Source: a virus
Taxonomy: Duplodnaviria > Caudoviricetes
Strand: one strand, 5' to 3'
Length of the DNA stretch: 44,477 nt
IMG/VR virus record: IMGVR_UViG_3300048577_000131
Location: 1 to 44,477 of that record
In this document: one piece after another, positions 33,583 through 42,093 of the stretch
Layout of the letters: the number at the start of each line of letters is the position of its first letter
Position numbering within the stretch: position 1 is the stretch's first letter
Position numbers and translations under genes: made by a program
The notes under the pieces: model-generated
Told to the model about the DNA's origin: nothing
The model's database searches: none
The model's input: only the letters and a program-made list of their open reading frames with translations

Positions 33583-33646
33583 TCAGCTGGGAACTAAACT
33601 CTGTTAGCTGTTAGCTATTGACTAAACGTTAGCGCCCGGCTAACGT
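33583..33646 (+). promoter_or_regulatory. PL promoter with OL operators
   Basis: TTGACT(33618)-N17-TAACGT; TTAG-N7-CTAA at 33611 and 33629, variants at 33583 and 33604. Confidence 0.8.
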
Positions 33647-33697
33647 AACTCCATCGCCCCACGACACCCGGATACCCGGAGGGGCTTGGAGACTGGG

Positions 33698-34099
33698 ATG
33701 GCACTGCAGCACCAGACGATGAGCCGGTCCGCGCAGCGGGCCTACGACGACCAGGCGCCGTCTGAGGATGGCGAAGCGCTTGCCGAGCGCATTGACGCCC
33801 TGATCGAGCAGTACCGGGCAAACCCGGCGAAGGTCGCCGAGGCGGACCAGTGGATGTCCGGGACCCTGAGCGAGGCCGCCTATGACGGCATCGAGTCGAT
33901 GTTCGCGGACATTGGCGACCGTATCCCCCCGACCGGGAAGATCCTTGGGTCCGACCTGGAATCCCTGCCCCAGCCTGTGATCGACAAGATCGCCGCGGTT
34001 GCCCGCGAGGCGTCGGCCAGCCGGTCGGTGTACCTGCGCGACCTTGCCGAGGCAGCGGCGAACAGCGAATCGCGGTTCGCTCCGGAGGCTGCGGCATGA
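33698..34099 (+). CDS. Hypothetical, first early-left gene
   Basis: RBS GGAG, ATG 33698; ATGA coupling. Confidence 0.75.
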   Translation: MALQHQTMSRSAQRAYDDQAPSEDGEALAERIDALIEQYRANPAKVAEADQWMSGTLSEAAYDGIESMFADIGDRIPPTGKILGSDLESLPQPVIDKIAAVAREASASRSVYLRDLAEAAANSESRFAPEAAA

Positions 34100-34326
34100 G
34101 CGCCCCCGTGGATGTGCTGACTGACCTGCGCGACGTGGTCCGCATCGCCAAGGCTGCCAGCTTTGGCGTCCCTGGAAACGCACCTCGCATCGAGCGCGCA
34201 GAGAAGGCTATCGCAGCCTTGGCCACGCTGATCGCGGCGGCTGTCGAAAAAGCGACCGACGGCTGCCCGTGCGACAGCTACGAGGCCCTGCGTGTCGCTG
34301 TCCGTAACTGCGGAGGTGACGCATGA
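34096..34326 (+). CDS. Hypothetical (SAPVDV family, related to 39742-40089)
   Basis: ATGA overlaps on both sides. Confidence 0.7.
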   Translation: MSAPVDVLTDLRDVVRIAKAASFGVPGNAPRIERAEKAIAALATLIAAAVEKATDGCPCDSYEALRVAVRNCGGDA

Positions 34327-34688
34327 GCGCGCACAAGCACACGCCGGAATGGAATGTGTCCCGCCTCACTCCGTCCCGTGTCGATACGCCGGACGGCTCA
34401 ATCAGCGTGTCTTGGTCGAGCAACGCAGATGGCGGCGAGCGCAACCGCAAAGCCGAGAATGCTGCCCGCCTGATCGCCGCCGCGCCGGAGCTGCTGGAGG
34501 CGTTGAACAAGCTGACTAGCTTCGTCGTGACTGATGTCGTGGAGAGCTGCAACGGTAACAAGTGCCGCGAGCCGTGGTGCGCAGGCTGCTTTGGCGAAGA
34601 AGTAGCCGAGCAGACGATACGTGAGGCACAGGAGGCGCTAGATGCCGCACGCGCCGCAATCGCCAAGGCTACGGGAGAGCCCGCATGA
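34323..34688 (+). CDS. Hypothetical phage protein with ARLIAAAPELLEAL motif
   Basis: KHTP.W, ARLIAAAPELLEAL, ARAAIAKATG; Cys-rich insert. Confidence 0.8.
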   Translation: MSAHKHTPEWNVSRLTPSRVDTPDGSISVSWSSNADGGERNRKAENAARLIAAAPELLEALNKLTSFVVTDVVESCNGNKCREPWCAGCFGEEVAEQTIREAQEALDAARAAIAKATGEPA

Positions 34689-34807
34689 GCTTCGAGAGAG
34701 CCCTTCAGGTCGCGGCGAAGCAGACCGCGCGCGACATGGTCGTCATCGCTGTGCTGGCGTTTCTTGCCGGCTTCGGTGCGGCAACGCTGCTGGGGGCGCT
34801 GTCGTGA
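34685..34807 (+). CDS. 40-aa membrane peptide
   Basis: MSFERALQ...VVIAVLAFLAGFGAATLLGALS; coupled on both sides; absent from ORF track. Confidence 0.6.
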   Translation: MSFERALQVAAKQTARDMVVIAVLAFLAGFGAATLLGALS

Positions 34808-34938
34808 TCGCCCTGGCCCTGACGATGATCGGCCCGGCGCTGGGTGGCGCGCTGATCCTTCACCTGTGGCAGACCAGGCCGCCGAAACCCCGGCCGCCGA
34901 TGGCCGTGTACCGCCGCCGCAGGCAGGTGCAGCCGTGA
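34804..34938 (+). CDS. 44-aa membrane peptide
   Basis: GTGA overlap; TM then Pro/Arg tail. Confidence 0.6.
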   Translation: MIALALTMIGPALGGALILHLWQTRPPKPRPPMAVYRRRRQVQP

Positions 34939-35168
34939 TCCGCCTCGCCCTGTACACCGCGGCGCTGGTGTTCTTCGCCGACATGCTGCGCCGCGCGGTG
35001 ATCGTGCGCGCCGACTCCTTCGTGCTGCCGCTGGCCCTCCTGTGCCTCTGGCTGCTGGTGCTGATCGTCCGCGCCTTCCGCCACGAGCATCGCCGGCTTA
35101 CCCGCCGCCGCACCGACTTCGTCCGCCCGCGCAGCTTCCCCGCCCAGCGCAAGCGCGACACCCGCTGA
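34935..35168 (+). CDS. 77-aa two-TM protein
   Basis: GTGA overlap; two hydrophobic segments and Arg-rich tail. Confidence 0.6.
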   Translation: MIRLALYTAALVFFADMLRRAVIVRADSFVLPLALLCLWLLVLIVRAFRHEHRRLTRRRTDFVRPRSFPAQRKRDTR

Positions 35169-35206
35169 TCCCCGCCGGCGTGGCCGGCCCTACGGAGGCA
35201 ACACCC

Positions 35207-35722
35207 ATGTTCCAACTGGAAAAGCACGACTCGGCCATCGCCAACGTCAACCAGCGCATCGAGCGCCATGGCGAGGAACGCGAGCTGGCAGCCGACATCA
35301 AGTTCACCACCAGCGCCGGCAATAGCCTGCTGGACAGCATCGAGAAGGGGCTGAAGGAAGCCCTGTTCCGCAAGCCCGGCAAGGGCGAGCAGCAGGACCT
35401 GCCCATCGGCGACACGCCCCTGTCGGCCGTGAAGTTCCCCAGCCTGGAGCCGCTGAAGCTGGCCCACGAGTTCCTGGGCTACGAGCTGCAGATCGACGGC
35501 CTGCTGGAAGGCGTGGAGCCCATCGTCCTGGTCGACGTGAAGCTGAAGCGCTTCGTGATCGAGCCCAAGGAAGGCGGCAGCGTCGGCCTGTCGTTCACCG
35601 CGTCGGCCAACGTCACGCCCGACGAGCTGGCCGAGCTGTCCGAAGCGCTGATCCGCGAGGACGTGCTGCTGACCCTGACCCCGCCGAAGGCCGCTGCTCA
35701 GCAGACCGACCTGGCCGCCTGA
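35207..35722 (+). CDS. Conserved-looking hypothetical phage protein
   Basis: RBS GGAGG, ATG 35207, strong GC3 bias. Confidence 0.8.
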   Translation: MFQLEKHDSAIANVNQRIERHGEERELAADIKFTTSAGNSLLDSIEKGLKEALFRKPGKGEQQDLPIGDTPLSAVKFPSLEPLKLAHEFLGYELQIDGLLEGVEPIVLVDVKLKRFVIEPKEGGSVGLSFTASANVTPDELAELSEALIREDVLLTLTPPKAAAQQTDLAA

Positions 35723-35833
35723 TCCCCCTGCCCTGCGCACTCCCCAGCGCAGGGCGAACCGCGGCAACTGGCCTCCCCTCCAGTTCCGCACCCGGCCGGG
35801 CGGGTAATCCCGGCACCTATTCCCGAGGCTCCC

Positions 35834-35947
35834 ATGCCCGACCTGTACGACGAGAACGCCGAGTTCCTCGACGTGACCGACGACCGCGAGCCGGAACTGC
35901 CCGGCCCGGTATTCCCGCAAGACCTTTCCCAGCCTGAGGAGTTCTAA
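35834..35947 (+). CDS. 37-aa highly acidic peptide
   Basis: RBS GAGG; MPDLYDENAEFLDVTDDREPELPGPVFPQDLSQPEEF; stop 2 nt before Sak4-like start. Confidence 0.55.
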   Translation: MPDLYDENAEFLDVTDDREPELPGPVFPQDLSQPEEF

Positions 35948-35949
35948 CC

Positions 35950-36843
35950 ATGGCTCTGCGCATCATCCGCTCCACCGACCCCATCACCGTCAGCCGCGTG
36001 AACCTGTGCATCTACGCGGCGCCCGGCCTGGGCAAGACGTCGATCTCCTTCACCGCCGACAAGCCGCTGCTGCTGGACTTTGATCGCGGGGCGCATCGTG
36101 CGGCCAACCGCAAGGACACCGTGCAGGTGGACCGCTGGGAGGACGTGGCCAGCATCACTGCCGACGACCTGGCCGATTTCAACACCGTGGTGGTGGACAC
36201 TGCCGGCCGCGCGCTCGACGTGCTGACCGCTGACATCATCCGTCGGAATCCGAAGGCCGGCCGCGGTGGCGCGCTCACGCTGCAGGGCTACGGCACGCTG
36301 AAGGCTGAGTTCGTGGCGTGGTTGAAGCACCTGAACAGCCTCGGCAAGGACGTGGTGCTGATCGCCCACATGGACGAGCAGCGCAACGGTGACGAGATCA
36401 TCGAGCGCCTGGACGTCCAGGGCGGCAGCAAGGGCGAGATCTACAAGGCCGCCGATGCAATGGGCCGGCTGTCGATCCGCGACGGCAAGCGCATGCTGAA
36501 TTTCAGCCCCACCGACTCGCAGTTCGGCAAGAACCCGGGGCAATTGGACCCGCTGGAAGTGCCACATCCCGAGCGCGCACCGGAATTCCTGGCCGGTGTC
36601 ATCCAGCAGATCAAGGACAAGCTCAACGCGATGACGGAGGAACAGCGTGAGGCGCAGGCTGCGCTGGAGAAGTGGCGCACCAATCTGGCCGACGTGGAGG
36701 ATGCCGACGGCATCAACGGCCTGCTGGACGCGGCGAAGTCCAGCTCGCGCGCCGCGCAGATCCTGCTGCACGACCGGGCAACCGCGCTGGGCCTGACCTT
36801 CGACAAGAAGGTCGGCGAGTACGTCGCACCCAAGGCGGCCTGA
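35950..36843 (+). CDS. Sak4-like ssDNA-annealing ATPase (AAA_24)
   Basis: IYAAPGLGKTS, LLDFDRG, TVVVDT, VVLIAH. Confidence 0.85.
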   Translation: MALRIIRSTDPITVSRVNLCIYAAPGLGKTSISFTADKPLLLDFDRGAHRAANRKDTVQVDRWEDVASITADDLADFNTVVVDTAGRALDVLTADIIRRNPKAGRGGALTLQGYGTLKAEFVAWLKHLNSLGKDVVLIAHMDEQRNGDEIIERLDVQGGSKGEIYKAADAMGRLSIRDGKRMLNFSPTDSQFGKNPGQLDPLEVPHPERAPEFLAGVIQQIKDKLNAMTEEQREAQAALEKWRTNLADVEDADGINGLLDAAKSSSRAAQILLHDRATALGLTFDKKVGEYVAPKAA

Positions 36844-36845
36844 CC

Positions 36846-37430
36846 ATGCTGGCCCGCGTCTCCAATATCGAAGCCTTCCGCCGCTGGCGGGAGGCCGAGG
36901 ATCAGCCGGTGGAGGACTTGATCGAGTTCATCACCGTGGACAACCCGACCCCGGCGATGCTGGCCGGCACCGCGTTCCACGAAGCGCTGGAGCATGCCCA
37001 GCCTGGCACCTACGAGGTGCTGGAGGCGATGGGCTACACGTTCCACCTGCCCGATGCCGAACTGGTGCTGCCGACCATCCGCGAGGTGCGGGCCTATGGC
37101 CAGTACGGCGACCTCACGGTCACCGGCAAGGTGGACTGCCTGGACGGCCGGCGCGTGGACGACCACAAGACCACCAGCCGCTTCGACGCCGAGCGGTATC
37201 TGGCCGGCTACCAGTGGCGGTTCTACCTCGACCTGTTCGGTGCAGACGTGTTCCGCTGGAACGTGTTCGAGCTGCGCGAGGAAGAGCCGCAGGTGTTCCA
37301 GGTGTCCGCCCCACAGCTGCTGGAGATCACCCGCTACCCGGGAATGCACGACGACTGCATGCAGCTGGCGCTGGACTATCTGGCCTTCGCGCACAACCAC
37401 CTGCCTGCCGACATGCCGGAGGCGGCCTGA
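36846..37430 (+). CDS. PD-(D/E)XK exonuclease
   Basis: GTAFHEALE, TGKVD...DDHKTT, YQWRFYL. Confidence 0.8.
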   Translation: MLARVSNIEAFRRWREAEDQPVEDLIEFITVDNPTPAMLAGTAFHEALEHAQPGTYEVLEAMGYTFHLPDAELVLPTIREVRAYGQYGDLTVTGKVDCLDGRRVDDHKTTSRFDAERYLAGYQWRFYLDLFGADVFRWNVFELREEEPQVFQVSAPQLLEITRYPGMHDDCMQLALDYLAFAHNHLPADMPEAA

Positions 37431-37657
37431 TGGGCACCGTCACCTTCCAACCCGAAGAGAGCCGCGCCGGATCGCGCCGCGGCGGTGCCGCCCGGGCTGC
37501 GCTGTACGCACACGTCGTGGAGGGCCAGCTCTGCACGACAGCCCAGATTGCGCGCCGACTGGGCATCTCGCCCGACGCCGCCTACCAGCGGATCAAGAAG
37601 CGCCCGCACCCGCTGACGTGGGATTCCCTGGCCATGAAGTGGAGGAAGGCTGCATGA
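37430..37657 (+). CDS. Small HTH protein
   Basis: TTAQIARRLGISPDAAYQRI; TGATG coupling. Confidence 0.7.
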   Translation: MGTVTFQPEESRAGSRRGGAARAALYAHVVEGQLCTTAQIARRLGISPDAAYQRIKKRPHPLTWDSLAMKWRKAA

Positions 37658-38100
37658 ACTTGCCCTACGAGAACGCCACCAGCGGCGACAAGGCCATCGG
37701 CGAAATCCAGAAGATGCTGCGCGCGTTCGGCTGCCAGCGGTTCGCCACCGGCGAGGACTACGAGACCGGCGAGTTGTTCGTTCAGTTCGAGCATCACGGC
37801 CGGCAGGTGCAACTTCGCGCCAGTGCGAAGGGCTACGCCGTGGCATGGCTGAAGGCACACCCGTTCACCAGCAGGACACGCGGAACCAAGGCGGACCACG
37901 AAGCCAAGGCGCTGAAGATCGGCGGCATCGCCGTCTACTCAATCCTCCGCGACTGGGTGAAGGGCCAGGTCACGGCCATCGAAATCGGAATGCTGACGTT
38001 CGAAGCCGCGTTCCTGTCCCACATCCTGCTGCCGAATGGGCAGACGGTCATCGAGCATATGCACCAGCAGAAGCTGCTGCCGGCGGAGGTGAAGCAGTGA
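37654..38100 (+). CDS. Hypothetical phage protein
   Basis: ATGA coupling; ILRDWVKGQVTAIE.G..TFE.AFL motif. Confidence 0.75.
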   Translation: MNLPYENATSGDKAIGEIQKMLRAFGCQRFATGEDYETGELFVQFEHHGRQVQLRASAKGYAVAWLKAHPFTSRTRGTKADHEAKALKIGGIAVYSILRDWVKGQVTAIEIGMLTFEAAFLSHILLPNGQTVIEHMHQQKLLPAEVKQ

Positions 38101-38354
38101 ACCGGCACTTCACCCGCCGCGTCCCGAAGCGCAACGAAGGCCTCAGCTGGGGCCGCTTCCCGACCGACGACGGCTCCGCTGTGACCTACCGCCTGTTCCG
38201 GCGCGACCACCGAGGCGCGCTGCACATGGAGGCCCGGACCTTCTTCACCAGCGCCGATCCCACCTACATAGCCAAGGTCCTGCGCCACGCAAAGCGCCAG
38301 CTGCGCGACCGCGTGGACGAGATCGACCTGGCCGCCATGGAGCAAGCAGCATGA
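38097..38354 (+). CDS. Hypothetical protein
   Basis: GTGA and ATGA coupling. Confidence 0.65.
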   Translation: MNRHFTRRVPKRNEGLSWGRFPTDDGSAVTYRLFRRDHRGALHMEARTFFTSADPTYIAKVLRHAKRQLRDRVDEIDLAAMEQAA

Positions 38355-39745
38355 GTACCAATCCCCAGGCCAGCCAGCTGGCCGTAGCCATGTTCGAAGC
38401 GTTCGCGCGCAACAGTGGCAACTCGCCTTCCGATCACTTCGACCGCAATGCCGCCGAACAATGGATGCAGCAAGCCCTGGACGAATGCCTGCCGAAGCCA
38501 GCCGCAGCGCAGGAGGCGGCTGCAGAGGTTCTCTCCTGTCGCGTAGGCAATGACACAAGCACAATCGATAAAGCGCTCCCCATAGGAACCAAGCTCTACG
38601 CCGCCCCCGTCACCGCAGCGCCGGCCGACCTGATCGAACGCTGCAGGGAGATTCTCGCGTGGCAGAGGACCGGAGTTCTCCCAGGCGACGCGCTGCGCGC
38701 ATACGCAAACGCCCGGTGGCCCGATGAGCATGACCCGCTGCAGATCGCGGAAAAGGAGACCGCGCGCGAGGCGTTCCGAATCCTTGCCAGGGCTGCCGCG
38801 GCCATCACCCCCGCAGCGCCGGGGATCGACCTGTCCGAAGTCCCGCGCTACACCTTGGCACACGGTGACTTTACGTCGGAGATGCTCGAACACTCGCAAG
38901 GCGCGTGGGTCCGCCTTGGCGACGTGGAATCGGCCCTGATCGACGCCAGCCCTAAGGGGGCGGCACCGCGCTTTGAACTGACCAACGGCCAGATCGCGCA
39001 GCTGTTCAATTTCGGCGGCACGCCGCCCTCCGGCACGTTGCTGGAGGACCAGGACGTGCTCGTGATCCAGAACGCCGATACCGGTCACTCCGGGCCGGGG
39101 TTGTATGCCCACTACGAGGACATGCCCGAGGAGGGCGCTATCTACTTGGACGGCCAGCTGCCGGACAGCCCCAAGGGCGGCAGCGACGCACTGTCCCGTG
39201 CCTACGGCTACCTGTGGCATGTGAACCACCCGGAGGACATTCCGGCCGGCCATCCCTTCATGTCGTCGGACCGCGCCGCAGTGGAGGCGCGCAAGGAACT
39301 GCGCGACATGCTTACCCATCAACAGCGAGGCGAAGGCATCAACTGGGTTCGCCAGAAGCTCCTTGTCGACATGCATGCCACCAGCCCCGAGGCCACGCTG
39401 AACGAACAGTTCGGAAGCGCCGAAGGGTTGAGCGCCCCTGAGGACGATGGCCTCGCGGTACGGCGCGTCGCTGATCACATGGCCCAGGTCATCGACTACA
39501 TCGACAAGCGGTACCCGGACGCGGCGATGCTGGATCGCGGCCCGATCCTCCGCAATATCCGGCAATGGGAGAAGCGGCTGCGTGCCGTACTGGTGGGCAG
39601 CCCCAAGGGCGGCAGCGAGGCGCTGGATGCGCTCCGCGTCGCGTACCGGCATCTGGACGTGGAATCGCTGCGTGTCAGCCACTGCAACGATCTGGCGATC
39701 ATCCACGCCGCAATGCAGGCCGGCGATGCGGAGGTGCGGCCGTGA
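38351..39745 (+). CDS. Mosaic multi-module protein (Ea-region-like)
   Basis: 464 aa; modules joined by SPKG(GS) linkers; LPIGTKLYAAP motif. Confidence 0.75.
   Translation: MSTNPQASQLAVAMFEAFARNSGNSPSDHFDRNAAEQWMQQALDECLPKPAAAQEAAAEVLSCRVGNDTSTIDKALPIGTKLYAAPVTAAPADLIERCREILAWQRTGVLPGDALRAYANARWPDEHDPLQIAEKETAREAFRILARAAAAITPAAPGIDLSEVPRYTLAHGDFTSEMLEHSQGAWVRLGDVESALIDASPKGAAPRFELTNGQIAQLFNFGGTPPSGTLLEDQDVLVIQNADTGHSGPGLYAHYEDMPEEGAIYLDGQLPDSPKGGSDALSRAYGYLWHVNHPEDIPAGHPFMSSDRAAVEARKELRDMLTHQQRGEGINWVRQKLLVDMHATSPEATLNEQFGSAEGLSAPEDDGLAVRRVADHMAQVIDYIDKRYPDAAMLDRGPILRNIRQWEKRLRAVLVGSPKGGSEALDALRVAYRHLDVESLRVSHCNDLAIIHAAMQAGDAEVRP
39166..39618 (+). repeat. 21-bp perfect direct repeat CAGCCCCAAGGGCGGCAGCGA
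   Basis: Copies at 39166-39186 and 39598-39618; degenerate copy at 38947. Confidence 0.9.
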
Positions 39746-40089
39746 GCGAGCTTGCAGATGTTCTATCCGCGCCGGTGGATGTCCGGGCAGTGATGGCACG
39801 CCTGGAGCTGCAAACATTGCAGCGTGGCGGGTCGCCGTCGTGGGAGACCATTGCCTCCGCGCGCGCAGCCATCACCGAGCTGATCGAGGCGGACCAGGAG
39901 TACGACTCTGCGCACGACCACCTGCGCAGCGTCAAGTGCGGATGGAAATTCGACCCAGCGTTCGCCACCGACGAAGAGTGGGCGCCACTTCGGTCGGCGG
40001 AAAAGAGGTTGGAGGCATCAATCGCCCGTCGCGCCGCCGCTCTCGGCCGCGTGCAGGTCAACAGCCACGGCGCGGAGGTGCAGCCGTGA
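39742..40089 (+). CDS. Hypothetical protein
   Basis: GTGA coupling; SAPVDV, ARAAITELIEA. Confidence 0.7.
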   Translation: MSELADVLSAPVDVRAVMARLELQTLQRGGSPSWETIASARAAITELIEADQEYDSAHDHLRSVKCGWKFDPAFATDEEWAPLRSAEKRLEASIARRAAALGRVQVNSHGAEVQP

Positions 40090-40373
40090 GCCAGGTCATC
40101 ATCTTCCCGCGCGGGCAACTGACCGAACTGGACCGCGCGCGCATGGACGAGGTTGGCATCGTCGCCGTCGAGGCCGACAACCCGGAGCAGGTCGTCATCA
40201 CCGCACCCGGCGTACCACTTGCCGGCGCTGATGACCTGATGCTGTCCGCCCTCCATGCCGTTGTGGAGTGCGGATTCGGCTCAGCGGCTACGGAGTTCGC
40301 CAAGGAACTGCGCCGGCGGCTGACGACGCGCGAGACGCAGGCCAACAGCCACGGTGCGGGGGATCGGGCATGA
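40086..40373 (+). CDS. Hypothetical protein
   Basis: GTGA coupling with RBS GGAGG. Confidence 0.7.
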   Translation: MSQVIIFPRGQLTELDRARMDEVGIVAVEADNPEQVVITAPGVPLAGADDLMLSALHAVVECGFGSAATEFAKELRRRLTTRETQANSHGAGDRA

Positions 40374-40570
40374 AGATCAACAAGATGCTTCTCGTCCACG
40401 CCCTGATGGGTGCCGCTGCAGCCATTTCGCTGGAGCCACTGGCGCCTGCCCCTTCCGCCCGCGAGCACGACAAGCTGCCGCGTAAGTTCACCGATGCCCG
40501 CAAGGCCGAGGCCGAAGCCAAGCGGCAGCGCAAGGCGGCGAAACGCGCAAAGGTGGTGCGCCATGGCTGA
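40370..40570 (+). CDS. Small basic protein
   Basis: ATGA coupling; AEAKRQRKAAKR. Confidence 0.6.
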   Translation: MKINKMLLVHALMGAAAAISLEPLAPAPSAREHDKLPRKFTDARKAEAEAKRQRKAAKRAKVVRHG

Positions 40571-40775
40571 GCGGAAGAAGCCGACCGGCTACGTTGCGCG
40601 CTGCCAGTGCGGCGAGATCGTTGGTGCTATCGACTTGGAGCGCAGCGACCGCAAGGACATCGGCCAGATCATGGGGCGCTGGGTTTCCGAGGGCCTGACG
40701 CTGGAGCCGCGCTTCACTGGTAGCTGGAGCTGCCATGTCATTGCATGCGGATGCAAGGAGGCCCGCCATGGCTGA
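40563..40775 (+). CDS. Small Cys-containing protein
   Basis: ARCQCG...C.C. Confidence 0.65.
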   Translation: MAERKKPTGYVARCQCGEIVGAIDLERSDRKDIGQIMGRWVSEGLTLEPRFTGSWSCHVIACGCKEARHG

Positions 40776-41127
40776 CCTGATGCAGCAGGCCCGCGAGCTG
40801 CTTCCGTGCCCATTCTGTGGCGGGGAGGCGACCCTGCGGATGATCGGAAACGTGCACAGCACGCGGAAGTGCGTCGTTAAGTGCAGCGGCTGTCGGTACG
40901 AGCGAACTGATGCCGTTTTGCGCTATGGCGACGAATGGCTGCTGAAGACCGCCATTGCCGCGTGGAACCGCCGCTCCGCCATGCGCGCCGCGCCGGAGGG
41001 GTTCGTGCTGGTGCCGGTAGAGCGCGGCCAGTTGTACGTCTGCCCGACCTGCCACGGCCCTGGCGTTGTCACCAAGGCGGTCCACGACGCTACACGGGCC
41101 GCCCGCCCGCAGGGGGTGAAGGAATGA
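40768..41127 (+). CDS. Lar-family restriction alleviation protein
   Basis: LLPCPFCGG, CSGC, AIAAWNRR; extra CPTC tail. Confidence 0.85.
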   Translation: MADLMQQARELLPCPFCGGEATLRMIGNVHSTRKCVVKCSGCRYERTDAVLRYGDEWLLKTAIAAWNRRSAMRAAPEGFVLVPVERGQLYVCPTCHGPGVVTKAVHDATRAARPQGVKE

Positions 41128-41396
41128 AGGTCGCAATTACTGCAACAATCGCCGTTCTGCTTTCTGCGTGCGGTTCATCATCTCAGGCCGCGTACCCACG
41201 GTATGAATCTGACCGGGAACTCAGAGCCGAAAGGTTCGACGCCTGCATGAAGTTGCTTCCAATCGGGCCAACAAACACGAAGTACAACGATTGGGCAGAG
41301 GTTGTTAGCGAGTGCGAGCTTGCTGCTTACCGGCAATCCTTACGATGCGTCGAGAACTGCCCTGTCTTCAAGGACAGCCCGCAGGGGGTTAAGTGA
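41124..41396 (+). CDS. Small lipoprotein
   Basis: MKVAITATIAVLLSA-C lipobox; four further Cys. Confidence 0.75.
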   Translation: MKVAITATIAVLLSACGSSSQAAYPRYESDRELRAERFDACMKLLPIGPTNTKYNDWAEVVSECELAAYRQSLRCVENCPVFKDSPQGVK

Positions 41397-41397
41397 T

Positions 41398-41631
41398 ATG
41401 GCCGGTGGAATGGAATGGGTGCGCAGGAACTACGGCGTCCCAGCAAAGCGCGGCGGTCGCGTCGAGTACACCGGCGATGGCAGGCCTGAGCTTGGGACGA
41501 TCATCTCTGCAACGGCGAGCGGCCACCTGAAAGTCGAGCTGGATAGCCAGCCCTTGGCCATCAGGCTGCACCCGACGTGGAAAATTCGCTATCTGGACGC
41601 GGACAGCCCGCAGGAGGCGAGCGATGCCTGA
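41398..41631 (+). CDS. Hypothetical phage protein (SH3-like)
   Basis: YGVPAKRGGRVEY.G...GTI, HPTW.IRYL. Confidence 0.75.
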   Translation: MAGGMEWVRRNYGVPAKRGGRVEYTGDGRPELGTIISATASGHLKVELDSQPLAIRLHPTWKIRYLDADSPQEASDA

Positions 41632-41842
41632 CTTCGCCGAGATCCAGCACCATGCCCGGCAGCTGGCCGGTATGTCCGGCGTCGACTTGGAGCGCGCGCC
41701 ACCGCGCACCTGCCGCCTGTGGGAGGCACGCGCACTCGCTATGTTCCACCTGGCCGCCGGCGACAAGGCCGAGGCCCACAAGGTCATGGCGCCGTTCAAG
41801 CGCCCCAACCTGAAACGCAATGGAGGTAGCCGACATGGCTGA
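41624..41842 (+). CDS. Hypothetical protein
   Basis: RBS AGGAGG; overlaps neighbours. Confidence 0.6.
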   Translation: MPDFAEIQHHARQLAGMSGVDLERAPPRTCRLWEARALAMFHLAAGDKAEAHKVMAPFKRPNLKRNGGSRHG

Positions 41843-42068
41843 CGAAATCGCCCTGTGGCCACTGAAGGAGGTCAAGCTCCGGGTCGGCCTCAGCACGGCT
41901 ACGATCTACAGGATGATGGCCAAGGATCTGTTCCCGAAGCCGCGCAAGATCGGCACGAAATCGCTCTGGTTCTCGCCGGAGATCGAGGAATTCATCCTCG
42001 CTGTTGCGGCCGGCAAAGCCTGGTCCCCGAACATGGGGCAAAGCATGGGGCAAGACCTCGCGGCATGA
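41835..42068 (+). CDS. AlpA-family excisionase/recombination directionality factor
   Basis: EV...VGLSTATIYRMM...FPKP.KIG....W...EI; next to att. Confidence 0.88.
   Translation: MADEIALWPLKEVKLRVGLSTATIYRMMAKDLFPKPRKIGTKSLWFSPEIEEFILAVAAGKAWSPNMGQSMGQDLAA
42032..42053 (+). repeat. Integrase arm-type site candidate
   Basis: CATGGGGCAA twice at 12-bp period, about 50 bp from tRNA 3' end. Confidence 0.6.
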
Positions 42069-42093
42069 AAAAAGCCACTGAAATCAGCGGCTT
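42068..42093 (-). terminator. Terminator after tRNA-Ser
   Basis: AAGCCGCTGA-TT-TCAGTGGCTT then TTTT on minus strand. Confidence 0.65.

Noticed and set aside
36846-37430. Cas4/CRISPR interpretation of the nuclease
   Set aside because: No Fe-S cysteine cluster, no cas genes and no regularly spaced repeat array seen; context is a Sak4 recombination module.
34208-39817. 570-aa and 517-aa minus-strand ORFs
   Set aside because: Shadows of the tightly coupled + strand early operon.
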